Sequence record: MF158045
Reading direction: 5' to 3' (one strand)
DNA from: Shigella phage Sf22
Length of the DNA: 64,000 nt
In this document: in pieces, positions 36,050 to 46,594 of the stretch
How positions within the stretch are numbered: position 1 is the first letter of the stretch
How the letters are laid out: each line of letters opens with the position of its first letter
Program-made: the position numbers and the translations under genes
The notes under the pieces: model-generated
What the model was told of the DNA's origin: nothing
The model's database searches: none
Seen by the model: the letters and a program-made list of their open reading frames with translations, nothing else

Positions 36050-37477
36050 CTAAAATTTTAATTCATTCGCCAAAGCATCTAACTGAGCTCGAGTCGATTC
36101 GTTTCTTTGATAGCGATTCTGTTCAGCCTGAATCTGTTGTGAACCTGCTACCTCACTCACTTCAGTTGGAGTAGAATCTTGTTCAATTTCTACCCATTTC
36201 TGATTTCCCTTTTGAACACCCATCAAAAACTTATTCCACTTATTCTTATCGCCATATCGTGATTTGATTTGCTTAATGAGTTGTTGTTCAGCAGCTGCTA
36301 GCTCCTCGGTTTCAATGACCGCAAGCATAAAATCAGCTGTTGCTGGAAGACCAGCAGATTCTGCAATATCGCTCATGTTAACATCAGAAGAGTCCCAAGC
36401 TTGTTTACCGACCTGTGCTGCAGTCCAAAGAACAGTTTCGGTTTCAACAGCCAGAGCACGCAATTCCTCTGCGATAGCTTTAACAGTTGTGTAACTATTT
36501 TCTGAATAAACTCGGATGCGACAAGATTTACAAATACCCAGATAGTCGACAATAATGATTGTTGGAACAAAATTCTTTTTGAGCTTTAATTCATTTAAAA
36601 GTGATCGAAATGTATTAGCATCTGCTCCACCAGTAGGGTACTGTTTAACGATTAAACGACCAAGAGTAGATTTCTCACGCCATTTTTCCATTTTTCCTTT
36701 ATACTCGGCGTAAGAAATATGTCCATCATCAATATCGTCAAGAGAAACATCGAGCATATTAGCATCAATACGTTTAGCGCAGACTTCTTCTGCCATTTCC
36801 ATGGAGATATAAAGAACGTTATGACCAAGCTGCAAATAATCTGCTGCTAATGAACAAAGTCCTAATGATTTACCAACGTTAACGCCAGCCATTAAAACGT
36901 TCAGTGTTCCAGTCTCAGCTCCGCCTTTAGTAATTTTGTTTAGAATTCTGAGTTTAAATGGAACCTTACGAGCTTTATTCATATAAGATAGCCAACGCGC
37001 TTCGTAGTCATCCATCCAATCATGACCAACGTAACTATCAAATGAAATTGATAATGCTTGGCGCATGATGTCAGGAATAGCACCAACATCCGGCATTTTC
37101 TTATTTCGTTTTTCCGGAGGAAGTTCAGCATTAGTTTGAATTTCGATTATTTTAGACGTAGCATTAAACATCGCCCTTTGCTGAACATATTTTTCTGTTT
37201 CTTTTACTAACCAACTGTGGTCTTCCGGAGAATCAGCTAGTTTTGAAATAAGTGTTTTTACACCAGAATATTCTGTTTCAGTAAATGAACTATTTTCTAA
37301 TGCAACATTTAACGCATTAATAGATGGAACGCTATGGTACTCATTAACATGAGATTTAATTAATTTGAATGTATTTTTAGCTGGACCACTTTCAAAATAT
37401 TCTGAATCCATATATGGCCAAACTTTTGAAAAATAAGCTTGATCAAATATAAGATGAGAAAGAATAATTTCTACCAC
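36050..37477 (-). CDS. 41: Replicative DNA helicase gp41 (DnaB-like)
   Basis: 475 aa (T4 gp41 475 aa); Walker A GVNVGKS. Confidence 0.95.
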   Translation of the reverse strand: MVEIILSHLIFDQAYFSKVWPYMDSEYFESGPAKNTFKLIKSHVNEYHSVPSINALNVALENSSFTETEYSGVKTLISKLADSPEDHSWLVKETEKYVQQRAMFNATSKIIEIQTNAELPPEKRNKKMPDVGAIPDIMRQALSISFDSYVGHDWMDDYEARWLSYMNKARKVPFKLRILNKITKGGAETGTLNVLMAGVNVGKSLGLCSLAADYLQLGHNVLYISMEMAEEVCAKRIDANMLDVSLDDIDDGHISYAEYKGKMEKWREKSTLGRLIVKQYPTGGADANTFRSLLNELKLKKNFVPTIIIVDYLGICKSCRIRVYSENSYTTVKAIAEELRALAVETETVLWTAAQVGKQAWDSSDVNMSDIAESAGLPATADFMLAVIETEELAAAEQQLIKQIKSRYGDKNKWNKFLMGVQKGNQKWVEIEQDSTPTEVSEVAGSQQIQAEQNRYQRNESTRAQLDALANELKF

Positions 37478-37486
37478 ACTTACTCC

Positions 37487-37849
37487 TTAAAAGAATTTAA
37501 ACTTTTTCTTTGACCTTTTATTAAATGCATCTTGTAGTTGCATTGTAATACATTTTTCTACATGAGGAGCTAACTCAGCTTTTCTTTCTTGGTCAAGAAC
37601 AGCAAAGTCCATTACAACCTTTCCATCAACCCAATCCAGTTTAGTTACATACACTATATGTGTAGAACCATCTTCTAGTTTAATGACAATCTCCTGGATA
37701 ACATTTTCCATGGCAGATTTAATTATCTTAAGAGATTCATTAAAAAGACGTTCTTTTCTTTCTTCTTCCCCCTCCGAAGAGGGGGATTCATCGATAATTT
37801 CTAGATCTAAATCTAAATCATCTTTATTCATTAAATTCTTCCATATCAC
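37487..37849 (-). CDS. 40: gp40-like protein (head vertex assembly chaperone) by position
   Basis: 120 aa between 41 and uvsX. Confidence 0.6.
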   Translation of the reverse strand: MIWKNLMNKDDLDLDLEIIDESPSSEGEEERKERLFNESLKIIKSAMENVIQEIVIKLEDGSTHIVYVTKLDWVDGKVVMDFAVLDQERKAELAPHVEKCITMQLQDAFNKRSKKKFKFF

Positions 37850-39005
37850 TTAACTGCTCGAGGTCAGTTTCTAAATCAGCTGCTGATTTACTTTTACTTT
37901 CTGGAGATTTAAATTTTTCAACCTTTGAGTTAATCAATTCATCAACTTCCGCTTCAACAATTTCATTACTATCAATAGCACCTAACTGATAAGCACGCTT
38001 AATAGCATCTCGGAATGGTTGATGCTTAAATAAAGGACCCCAGAATGTAGTGCAGTTAGTATCTTTTGCACGCCAAGATTTTTCTTCGCGAATCATCTCG
38101 CCAGTTTCTTCGTCAAGAAATTCACGCGCATACCAACCATTTTTAGGTTTTACTACAAATCCTAATTCTAGAGCCATATCTAACAATCCAGAATAAGGAT
38201 CGATACCACCGTCAAATTTAACATCAATAAAGAATTTACTTTTTTCTTTAACGGTACGAGATTTTTCTACATTTAGAACAAATTGATACCCCTGAAGATC
38301 AGAACCATCTTTAATCTGACGCTTACCGATAATGAATACAGTATCAGCCGAATACATTACGCCTGTACCACCTGTCATCACGGTTTTACTAAACATTTCA
38401 ATTGTTTCAATTGTATGGTTAACCGCAACACATGGAATATTTTTAATGCTAAAATAAGGAGTAACAATACGGAATAATGACTTCAGTGATTTAGCACGAG
38501 TCATATCTGCCACAGATTTTTCATTCAAGGCATCTTCAGTTTCTTTCTTAGAAGCCATATTACCGATTGAGTCGATGAATACAATAACTTTTTCACCGCG
38601 CTCAATAGCTTCAAGCTGATTCACCATATCAATTTTCAGCTGTTCAACTGACTGGATTGGCGTATGAATTACTCGTTCCGGGTCAACTCCCATGGATCGC
38701 AAATAAGCTGGAGTAATACCAAATTCGCTATCATAGAATAGACAAACCGCGTCAGGATATTTGTTCAAATACGCCGCAACCATAGTCAAAGACATATTTG
38801 ATTTAAAGTGTTTAGAAGGACCTGCAAAAATAGTTAAACCAGACTGCATGCCGCCATCAATCGCACCAGAAATAGCAATATTAAGCATTGGGATTTTTGT
38901 ACGGATTACATCCTTTTCATTAAAGAATTTAGATGTAGTCAGTTCAGCAGTCATTTTAGAAGTGGAAGCTTTAATCAAACGGGATTTTAAATCTGCAATA
39001 GACAT
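37824..39005 (-). CDS. uvsX: Recombinase UvsX (RecA-like)
   Basis: 393 aa; RecA-fold nucleotide-binding loop (GPSKHFKS); synteny. Confidence 0.95.
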   Translation of the reverse strand: MSIADLKSRLIKASTSKMTAELTTSKFFNEKDVIRTKIPMLNIAISGAIDGGMQSGLTIFAGPSKHFKSNMSLTMVAAYLNKYPDAVCLFYDSEFGITPAYLRSMGVDPERVIHTPIQSVEQLKIDMVNQLEAIERGEKVIVFIDSIGNMASKKETEDALNEKSVADMTRAKSLKSLFRIVTPYFSIKNIPCVAVNHTIETIEMFSKTVMTGGTGVMYSADTVFIIGKRQIKDGSDLQGYQFVLNVEKSRTVKEKSKFFIDVKFDGGIDPYSGLLDMALELGFVVKPKNGWYAREFLDEETGEMIREEKSWRAKDTNCTTFWGPLFKHQPFRDAIKRAYQLGAIDSNEIVEAEVDELINSKVEKFKSPESKSKSAADLETDLEQLSDMEEFNE

Positions 39006-39082
39006 TCATTTTTTCCATAGGCATCATTATATTTTCCTCACTGGTTAAAGATAGAGTAATTATAACACAATAAATTTAGGCA

Positions 39083-39931
39083 TTAATCAACTGCTATTGG
39101 ATGAATAGCATTAAACTTATGAAATGCTTCTGATTTTTCTTTACGCGAAACACACATGCGAAGAACCTTTAATGGCTCGTCTTCTTCACCCAACGATTTT
39201 CGTTTTTCAATATTAGAAGTTTTCCAACGAGCTTGCTCTGGAAACTCTCTATTGATTTGCTCAAGCGCTCTATTATGTTTAGAATTACTACGAATTGAAC
39301 TGCACCCGCCAGGAGCTTGTGCTTTTCCAGATACAACCAGATATTTGAACAAGGCCAAATGCGGATAACCTTGATTAATTAAATTGAGAAATGCATACAT
39401 ATCTTCGCACAAATCAATTTTTCCATACCCAATTTGTTCTGTCGTAAGTTTTCCGAGGTCATACCATGTATTCGTGAATCCATATGAATTTTCACGATAA
39501 TTACCCCAAGATGAAGTAATTTTAAAAATAGGTAGACGAGCATGGCCATGATAATACCCACAATCCATGGCATCCTCAACATATTGAATCAATTCATAGA
39601 ACTGTTCACGGGTTAATTGATTGACTTTATCTACACAACGACGGTCATCTCTTTTTCGCATTGAACTCATACGAATAGTAGTATCATCGTCAATCATCCA
39701 GATTCGTTGACCTGTATACATATCAGTAATTGCTTTACGAGTACCGGCAATTCCGTTTACATCATCAGGAATAGTTATAATTTTAGCTCTAGACCCATAA
39801 GCGTCATGATAAGCTTTTTCTTCATGTTCACGCACTACAATATGGGGTTCATAATCAGTCGGAAACATATTAAGGGCAGAAACTGCCCCTACACGCTGAT
39901 AACTTGGAATTACGAATTGAATCATTTCCAC
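39083..39931 (-). CDS. Putative glycosyltransferase at the beta-gt locus (candidate beta-glucosyl-HMC alpha-glucosyltransferase of T2/T6 type)
   Basis: 282 aa; DxD-like motif IWMIDDDTTI; occupies the uvsX-42 interval but does not resemble T4 beta-gt (351 aa). Confidence 0.5.
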   Translation of the reverse strand: MEMIQFVIPSYQRVGAVSALNMFPTDYEPHIVVREHEEKAYHDAYGSRAKIITIPDDVNGIAGTRKAITDMYTGQRIWMIDDDTTIRMSSMRKRDDRRCVDKVNQLTREQFYELIQYVEDAMDCGYYHGHARLPIFKITSSWGNYRENSYGFTNTWYDLGKLTTEQIGYGKIDLCEDMYAFLNLINQGYPHLALFKYLVVSGKAQAPGGCSSIRSNSKHNRALEQINREFPEQARWKTSNIEKRKSLGEEDEPLKVLRMCVSRKEKSEAFHKFNAIHPIAVD

Positions 39932-40662
39932 TCACCGTTATAATCTTTTTTCACAATATGAGTTTCGCCAGTATTCCACCAATGATCAACCAAGTAAAAA
40001 TGACGAGAATATACATGAAGACTTCCAACATTCCATATAATAGAACCCGCTTTATACTGACGAGTTGAATCGCCTGCATTCAAATCAGATACTAATTTAT
40101 CTAATACGTATTTTTGCCATGCATAATCATTACGGAATCCGAAGACCACGTCATTTGAGCGCATGCTTACTACTGCATTGACTTTCTTATCACGAATCAG
40201 GTACTGTACTGTATTAGTACACATGAAATCTGACATACCATCTTTATTGTAGTCAAATTGCATGGATGGACGAGTATAAATCATGATACCACGTCGAGAA
40301 TCAGGATTTTGACCAAGTTCAGCTAAACACATATCATACTGGGCATAGTTATCTTCTGACCAAATAGCCCAACCATAGTTCGAGTTAATTTCGCCTTTAG
40401 AAGATGCTACTTGTTGCCAAATCTTCGGTGTTTCACCTGGAATATCTTTAACAAACAAGCTCTTAGATTTATACCATTCAAGTTCACGCTGAATGTATTC
40501 ATCATTAAGAGCGCCAAAAATAAAGGGTTCATCTGCTACAAATGATGCGCCAATAATTTCAATAGTTTTAACGCCAGTTTTATCAACTACGAAATCTTTT
40601 TCTTTTAATGCAAGCCCCAAATGAAGACGGATTTCTTCAACTGTCATAGAGTCACTAATCAT
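39922..40662 (-). CDS. 42: dCMP hydroxymethylase gp42
   Basis: 246 aa (T4 gp42 246 aa); synteny. Confidence 0.9.
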   Translation of the reverse strand: MISDSMTVEEIRLHLGLALKEKDFVVDKTGVKTIEIIGASFVADEPFIFGALNDEYIQRELEWYKSKSLFVKDIPGETPKIWQQVASSKGEINSNYGWAIWSEDNYAQYDMCLAELGQNPDSRRGIMIYTRPSMQFDYNKDGMSDFMCTNTVQYLIRDKKVNAVVSMRSNDVVFGFRNDYAWQKYVLDKLVSDLNAGDSTRQYKAGSIIWNVGSLHVYSRHFYLVDHWWNTGETHIVKKDYNGEWK

Positions 40663-40667
40663 TTAAA

Positions 40668-40817
40668 CCTCAATTGATACATTCATATTTAAATTGTAAC
40701 AGTAATAAACCCCACCCTATGATAAGAGTTGGAATCATAGCAGGAACTGTTACGCTATAGTATATACTTATTATAACCATCAAGATTAAAAGCAACACTG
40801 TTATAATTTTGCTTTTC
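40668..40817 (-). CDS. Small membrane peptide (about 49 aa)
   Basis: Manual translation MKSKIITVLLLILMVIISIYYSVTVPAMIPTLIIGWG... Confidence 0.35.
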
Positions 40818-41067
40818 ATTCTTTCTCTCTGATGATAATTACCTGATTTGGCTGTGCAGACTTTTTAGTTTCACCAGCAATTGACCAAATAAATGTAATA
40901 AACCAACCAATAATTGACCAGTTAAACAGTAAAGATGTGAAAAAGATTCCTACTGTCGATTTTGACCCACGCATCAAGGCGATAAACCATGGAAGCATGT
41001 ATATAATAATAGCCAACACACCTGAAACTAAAACCATAAAAATTGAACCTGCTACTAAAGTTTCCAT
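40816..41067 (-). CDS. imm: Immunity protein Imm (superinfection exclusion membrane protein)
   Basis: 83 aa, two TMDs; T4 Imm is 83 aa; position between 42 and 43. Confidence 0.8.
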   Translation of the reverse strand: METLVAGSIFMVLVSGVLAIIIYMLPWFIALMRGSKSTVGIFFTSLLFNWSIIGWFITFIWSIAGETKKSAQPNQVIIIREKE

Positions 41068-41074
41068 GTTTTCC

Positions 41075-41446
41075 TCACTTAGTCAAATTTTTTACACATG
41101 AATTATAAGAATTCACTACATACTCCATCGGAGCATTTTTACCAGTACGCCATTGGTAATTATTAGCCCAAATTTCGGCGCAGTAGTTTTCAATTTTTTC
41201 TTCGCGTGTAATTACATCAGAATTACGATATGCTTGAGCAGATTCATCTGGACGAATAGCTTCGTCAAAATTCGCCTGCATTTGTTCGACTGTTTGCTTT
41301 GGAGCTTCTTTATAACACTTGACATTAGGATTATAAAATTTGCTTGAACAGTTTACAATTTTTCCTACATCAGACTGATTTACTACCGGTCCTTGAGCTA
41401 CACAACCAGTAAGACCTAATGCAATAACCAAAATAGCGATTTTCAT
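41075..41446 (-). CDS. Putative lipoprotein (123 aa), imm.1-like
   Basis: Signal peptide with lipobox LTGC (MKIAILVIALGLTGCVAQ). Confidence 0.55.
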   Translation of the reverse strand: MKIAILVIALGLTGCVAQGPVVNQSDVGKIVNCSSKFYNPNVKCYKEAPKQTVEQMQANFDEAIRPDESAQAYRNSDVITREEKIENYCAEIWANNYQWRTGKNAPMEYVVNSYNSCVKNLTK

Positions 41447-41456
41447 AATAATTTCC

Positions 41457-41705
41457 TCAAATGCAAGTAGTAATTACTCCAGTAGTGCTTATGCAGGTAT
41501 TACCCATTTGCACACCTAAAGATCCATTTGTATTCACATGAAGATTATCATCAATTTTAACTGATATTTTACCATTAGTGTGAATAACGGTGCTAGATTC
41601 AATCACAGGTTGAGTATCATTTTCAACACTAACAAATGGAACTGCTGCTAATGCAACTAAACAAACTGCTAAGCATCCCATAACAATTTTCATTTTATTC
41701 TCCAA
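41457..41705 (-). CDS. Putative secreted/membrane protein (82 aa)
   Basis: N-terminal signal-like segment MKIVMGCLAVCLVALAAVPFV; early promoter upstream. Confidence 0.5.
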   Translation of the reverse strand: MENKMKIVMGCLAVCLVALAAVPFVSVENDTQPVIESSTVIHTNGKISVKIDDNLHVNTNGSLGVQMGNTCISTTGVITTCI

Positions 41706-41727
41706 ATCCGTATTAGTTGATAGTTGT

Positions 41728-41757
41728 ATAGTACCATGGAAGAACAGTCTTGTAAAC
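41728..41757 (-). promoter_or_regulatory. T4-type early promoter upstream of ORF 41457-41705
   Basis: Minus strand GTTTAC, 18 nt, TACTAT. Confidence 0.6.
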
Positions 41758-41844
41758 AGTTTTGTGAAAATTTTTTAGGGAATTCTAAAGGTCCAGAATC
41801 ATCTGTTTTTCATAAGTATAGATTTATATTACTTGTATGAAAAA

Positions 41845-41860
41845 GGGACCCGGAGGTCCC
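41845..41860 (-). terminator. Hairpin downstream of gene 43
   Basis: GGGACC-tccg-GGTCCC (minus-strand reading). Confidence 0.45.
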
Positions 41861-41873
41861 CAGATTTATTCTA

Positions 41874-44570
41874 TCAGCCAAACAGGAAGTCTAACGAAGC
41901 TTTTTCTTCATAGTCCATACCAGCCGATTCACACATACCCGCAAGCGGTTTAACAAACGATTTTTGGAACAAAGTTGAGTAGTCAATCCAAGACAGTACG
42001 TCAGAACGAATTTCTTTTGGAAGTTCTGTGCCCGACGGCCAAGCAATACACTTGTCACCAAATGGATTTCCTTCACGTAATGGAAGAACCATTACTTTAT
42101 TTCCATCCAAAATTGGAGCTACACCCAGACCATTAACAGCTCGACGATAAGTTAGCACACCACGAATATGGAACGGGCATTTAAATCCTGGCCAACCTTT
42201 ATCATCATATTTCGCTATATCGTTCGCAGTTTTTACTTCAGCAATAACTTTATAGTCAAGTTGACGATATTCTTTCTCGAAGTTCTTGTAATATTCTTGG
42301 ACAGACTCTTCACCTTCCTGAAGAATACGACGAATACTTTCTTCGAGAGCTTCTTGCACTGCTTTTGGTGTTGAACTCTGCTGAGTTTCCATACCCATGA
42401 TTTTTAGATGCGGTTCAGCAAATCGCTTATCTTCCATATCATAAACGTTCAGAGCATAACGCTTTTTCGCTTTCCAAAATCCGCCAACGCCTTTTGAACC
42501 AAGTGGAGGGCAAGAAATAGCTTCACGGTCCATATGCATCAGATGCTCGCGGTTATTCATATAATCACATAACTCACGATATGCAACATCAATCATAGGT
42601 TCCATCTTTTTCTTACCGAACTGATTCATGAATTCAACTAAATCGTTCTGCTCTTTGAATCGGTCAAGACCAACTTTTTCAATAACTTTATCTACACAAA
42701 CATATACCGAATCAGTATCACCTGCTGCGATGAAATCTTCGCCATTAGTTCCACATACTTTATTCAGATACTCATTAATTTTACGAGCAATCCACTGAAT
42801 ACCGACTTGACCAAAAATTGTAATAGCAGTAGCATTTCGCAAATCATAGTAGCGGAAATGAATATTACCAAGAGCACCGTAAAGGCTGTTAATAAGAATT
42901 TTACGGTTCAGCTGATTTGTATTAGCAAGTGTAGCCGCTTTTTCACATTCTTCAATCAAACTATTGAGAACAGATTCAGTATAATTCGATAGTTCATTTA
43001 AGAAATCATCACTGAACTTAACATATCGTTCAACTTCAGGTTTAGTTGAACAAGACCCTGCGCCTTTCATAATAATCTTTTTAATAGCTTCGGCATTCAT
43101 TTCTTCAGCGAACATTTTCTTTTTCCAATCTTTACGCTGGAAAAATACTTTAGCGATTTCCTTTGGAATGATACCTTCTTGATGCTTATCATACATCCAT
43201 CCATTCGGAGAACAAGAATATTCATCACTCGGTTTAGGAGCTGTTCCTGCGATATATTCATGAATTGGATGAACTTTAAACTGCCCACGAATAGTCTCAG
43301 GACTAATGTTAACCTGACGAATAATGCTCGGATACAGAGACGTCAAGTCAAAACTCATAATATATCGACGAGCAATTGGTTTAGGTTCAAACACAAATGC
43401 ACCCGGAAAACTCTGTTTAACATGCGAACCTTGTTGAGGAATAACCTTATGTTCACCTTTCAATGAGTTAAAAATAATAGCATCCCAGGTTTTAATAGGA
43501 CTCATTACACCGGAAAAAGGCATTTTAGCGTAATAAGACATACTTAAAACTAGATCGATAAACCCGCGAATTTTATCAATTGCTTGAACTGATTCTACGT
43601 CAATGATGTTATAACTAATGTATCGTTGATGATTAGTCTCACGAAGTTTATTAATAGGACCGTCGTATGGTAATTTACCTTTTTTGGTTTCATGTTGAGC
43701 AACTGATTCCAAAGAGAATGACGGCAAATTAGTAAAAGCGAATTTCTTGTACAAATCTAAATAATCAAGAATAGATACGCCATCAATAGAATAAATTTCT
43801 TTGCTACCGTACATATTTTGAATTAATTTAGATTTTACTCGACCGATTGGAGAGAAGCGTTTCATACTACGTTCACCGAGAACCATTTTAACGCGATTCA
43901 TGATATACGGAACGTCAAATCCCTCAATATTCCAACCGGTAAAAATAGCAGGTCGTTTCTGTTCCCAAAGATTAATATATTCCATGAGCATATCACGCTC
44001 ATTATCGAATGGCATATAAATTACTCGGTCAAGAATTTCTTGAGGAACTTCATCACCACCTTCACAGTCAAGCTTAGCAGCTAACTTTGCATCCCATTTT
44101 GATACTGAACCATACATTGAATTCAAAAGGTCGAAAACATAAAAACGATCATCAATTGAATCGTAATGAGTGATAGCATCAATTTCATATTCAGCTTTCA
44201 TTGGGTCAGGAAATTTATCACCAGTAACCTCAATGTCACAGTTAGCTACACGAACAAATTTTCGGTCATAAACAATTTCTGAACCGTATGTATCACTGAT
44301 ATAAGCGAGTTTAAAATCGTTCATACCGAGAGCTTCGAGACCGATGTCTTCCATTCGTTTCATCCAATCTCGAGCATCTTTCATTGATGAAAATTTTTGA
44401 GGAGCGCAATTTTTACCATAGATGTCTTTGTACTTTGACTCTTCCTTACAATGCCTAAACATAGTCGGAAGATATTCTACTTCACGAGTACGTTCCTTTC
44501 CGTTTTCATCAATATAACGTTCAACAATGTTATTTCCGACTGTTTCGATAGAGATATAAAATTCTTTCAT
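41874..44570 (-). CDS. 43: DNA polymerase gp43 (family B)
   Basis: 898 aa (T4 gp43 898 aa); polymerase motifs SLYGALG and AAGDTDSVYV. Confidence 0.97.
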   Translation of the reverse strand: MKEFYISIETVGNNIVERYIDENGKERTREVEYLPTMFRHCKEESKYKDIYGKNCAPQKFSSMKDARDWMKRMEDIGLEALGMNDFKLAYISDTYGSEIVYDRKFVRVANCDIEVTGDKFPDPMKAEYEIDAITHYDSIDDRFYVFDLLNSMYGSVSKWDAKLAAKLDCEGGDEVPQEILDRVIYMPFDNERDMLMEYINLWEQKRPAIFTGWNIEGFDVPYIMNRVKMVLGERSMKRFSPIGRVKSKLIQNMYGSKEIYSIDGVSILDYLDLYKKFAFTNLPSFSLESVAQHETKKGKLPYDGPINKLRETNHQRYISYNIIDVESVQAIDKIRGFIDLVLSMSYYAKMPFSGVMSPIKTWDAIIFNSLKGEHKVIPQQGSHVKQSFPGAFVFEPKPIARRYIMSFDLTSLYPSIIRQVNISPETIRGQFKVHPIHEYIAGTAPKPSDEYSCSPNGWMYDKHQEGIIPKEIAKVFFQRKDWKKKMFAEEMNAEAIKKIIMKGAGSCSTKPEVERYVKFSDDFLNELSNYTESVLNSLIEECEKAATLANTNQLNRKILINSLYGALGNIHFRYYDLRNATAITIFGQVGIQWIARKINEYLNKVCGTNGEDFIAAGDTDSVYVCVDKVIEKVGLDRFKEQNDLVEFMNQFGKKKMEPMIDVAYRELCDYMNNREHLMHMDREAISCPPLGSKGVGGFWKAKKRYALNVYDMEDKRFAEPHLKIMGMETQQSSTPKAVQEALEESIRRILQEGEESVQEYYKNFEKEYRQLDYKVIAEVKTANDIAKYDDKGWPGFKCPFHIRGVLTYRRAVNGLGVAPILDGNKVMVLPLREGNPFGDKCIAWPSGTELPKEIRSDVLSWIDYSTLFQKSFVKPLAGMCESAGMDYEEKASLDFLFG

Positions 44571-44630
44571 AGATATTCCTTAGTTTATAGCCCGAGTTAT
44601 TAGGCTCTTGATATATTATACTCCAAATAA

Positions 44631-44645
44631 GGGGCCGAAGCCCCT
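44631..44645 (-). promoter_or_regulatory. UUCG-loop hairpin in regA-43 intergenic leader
   Basis: GGGGC-TTCG-GCCCC (minus strand) just upstream of a TATAAT and the gene 43 RBS. Confidence 0.4.
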
Positions 44646-44648
44646 TGC

Positions 44649-45017
44649 TTAATTACCAATCGTATATTTAGGAACGAGTTTCCATTCATGTTTTTGTTTA
44701 AAAGAAATAACTCGGAAGTTATTAGTTAAATCTTTCATAAAAGTTCTTTGACCAGGAACGATTTCAATCAGTCCCCAATCTTCTAACAACCATGCAATCG
44801 AATCACGACGAACTTCATCTTCTTCTGTCATTTCAACTTGACGGCCATCCATACGAAGCATTTCTTTAAAATGAACGATATAGTATAGTCCTTTTTTCTG
44901 AAGAATATGACAGGACTGATACAGAACTTTATCTTTATTATTAGCAATTCCCATACGAGTCAAAGTTTCTTTTACTTTCAGAAAATCTTCAGGTTTTTTA
45001 AGAGTAATTTCAATCAT
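44649..45017 (-). CDS. regA: Translational repressor RegA
   Basis: 122 aa (T4 RegA 122 aa); synteny 43-regA-62. Confidence 0.9.
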   Translation of the reverse strand: MIEITLKKPEDFLKVKETLTRMGIANNKDKVLYQSCHILQKKGLYYIVHFKEMLRMDGRQVEMTEEDEVRRDSIAWLLEDWGLIEIVPGQRTFMKDLTNNFRVISFKQKHEWKLVPKYTIGN

Positions 45018-45018
45018 T

Positions 45019-45582
45019 TTACCATTCCAATGCTAGTTTTTTGAGTTGTTTCTGTTCTTTTACGTTCTTAGTCACTTCTTTCAAAAAATCATCCGTGACT
45101 AATCCTTTAAGTTCTTTTAATACTAAAGGTAGTTTTCCATTTTTAGTAAGAATTGATTTATAGTTAATTGCATCATTTGTATTAACTTGATACCGCTTAG
45201 CAAGTAACTTAATAATCAATACTTCGGTGGAATCTTCGACCAGTTTTGCCCATTTACCATATCTTTTACCACGAGGAACTGCAGCCATCAGATAATTAAA
45301 ATGGGCTTCATCACTTAAACCTGATCCAATTAAATTCATAGCATATACAGCTGGCATGCACTCTGGAAATTGTGATAATGCATTTTCGACCATGAATTTT
45401 GAATAATCTTTTTGAGCAATAGAGCATTTAGTTTTATTATTAATAGCTCCAATTATTTCAAAAAATTCATTTTCAGCTTTTTCTTTAAAAGAATCAGCAG
45501 CGGATTGGACAGCTGTCCAATCTTTTGAATACCAAGCAACTTGATGCTCGTTTAATTGAATATCATCTTCAAATAAGCTCAT
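45019..45582 (-). CDS. 62: Clamp loader small subunit gp62
   Basis: 187 aa; synteny. Confidence 0.9.
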   Translation of the reverse strand: MSLFEDDIQLNEHQVAWYSKDWTAVQSAADSFKEKAENEFFEIIGAINNKTKCSIAQKDYSKFMVENALSQFPECMPAVYAMNLIGSGLSDEAHFNYLMAAVPRGKRYGKWAKLVEDSTEVLIIKLLAKRYQVNTNDAINYKSILTKNGKLPLVLKELKGLVTDDFLKEVTKNVKEQKQLKKLALEW

Positions 45583-45583
45583 A

Positions 45584-46558
45584 TCACTTCCACTGCATTT
45601 CGCATGCTAATTGAATGAAAAGATAAACTAAATGTAATTCAGTGTTAGCTGCAATTCCATGATACTGATTATTTTCACCAACAATTTCGTACATACGAAT
45701 AATACTTTGTGGAGTTACACGTGAATAGATTTCTTCGGCAAGTTTACCCACGAACCACGAATAATCAGCTGCATATTTTGGTGCTAAAGCTCTGAGTTGT
45801 TTAACATCTTTATTTTTGAGAGACTCAAGAACATCATCAATAGCACCACGATCGTTAGTAACCAGTGATAAAATACCAGCATCCAAAACACCTTTAGATG
45901 AATAACTATCGAGCTCGCCAATAGTTTTACGAAAATCAGGAAAATTCTTTTTAACCAAAGCTGCTACAACTTTCATATCAGCTATAGCAATACCTTCATG
46001 TTTACAGATTTCAGTCAATCGACGAATCATCTGCTTCATCATTTCAATTTTATCTTCATCGGTCGGTTGACCGAACGTAATAACTCGGCAGCGTGACTGA
46101 AGTGGTTTAATAATACCATCAATATTGTTAGCAGTAATAATAATACTACAGTTCGAACTATAAGCTTCCATAAAGGAACGAAGATGTCGCTGAGACTCTG
46201 CTAGCCCTGAACGGTCAAATTCATCAATAACGATTACTTTTTGACGACCATCAAATGAAGCTGCACTAGCAAAATTAGTCAAAGGACCACGAACGAAATC
46301 AATTTTACAGTCTGATCCATTCACAAACATCATATCAGCATTTACATCATGACACAATGCTTTTGCTACAGTTGTTTTACCTGTTCCTGGAGAAGGAGAA
46401 TGAAGAATAATATGTGGAATTTTACCTTTACTTGTAATAGATTTAAAGGTTTCTTTATCAAAGGCGGGAAGAATACATTCATCGATAGTAGATGGACGAT
46501 ATTTCTGTTCAAGAATGTGTTCTTTTTCATTTACGGTAATCATAATTTCCTCATTCAA
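45584..46558 (-). CDS. 44: Clamp loader ATPase subunit gp44 (AAA+)
   Basis: 324 aa; Walker [11 protein letters not shown]. Confidence 0.95.
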   Translation of the reverse strand: MNEEIMITVNEKEHILEQKYRPSTIDECILPAFDKETFKSITSKGKIPHIILHSPSPGTGKTTVAKALCHDVNADMMFVNGSDCKIDFVRGPLTNFASAASFDGRQKVIVIDEFDRSGLAESQRHLRSFMEAYSSNCSIIITANNIDGIIKPLQSRCRVITFGQPTDEDKIEMMKQMIRRLTEICKHEGIAIADMKVVAALVKKNFPDFRKTIGELDSYSSKGVLDAGILSLVTNDRGAIDDVLESLKNKDVKQLRALAPKYAADYSWFVGKLAEEIYSRVTPQSIIRMYEIVGENNQYHGIAANTELHLVYLFIQLACEMQWK

Positions 46559-46577
46559 GTTTTAGTGTAAATTATAA

Positions 46578-46591
46578 AGGGCCGAAGCCCT
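46578..46591 (-). terminator. UUCG-loop hairpin between genes 45 and 44
   Basis: AGGGC-TTCG-GCCCT (minus-strand reading). Confidence 0.4.
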
Positions 46592-46594
46592 CTA

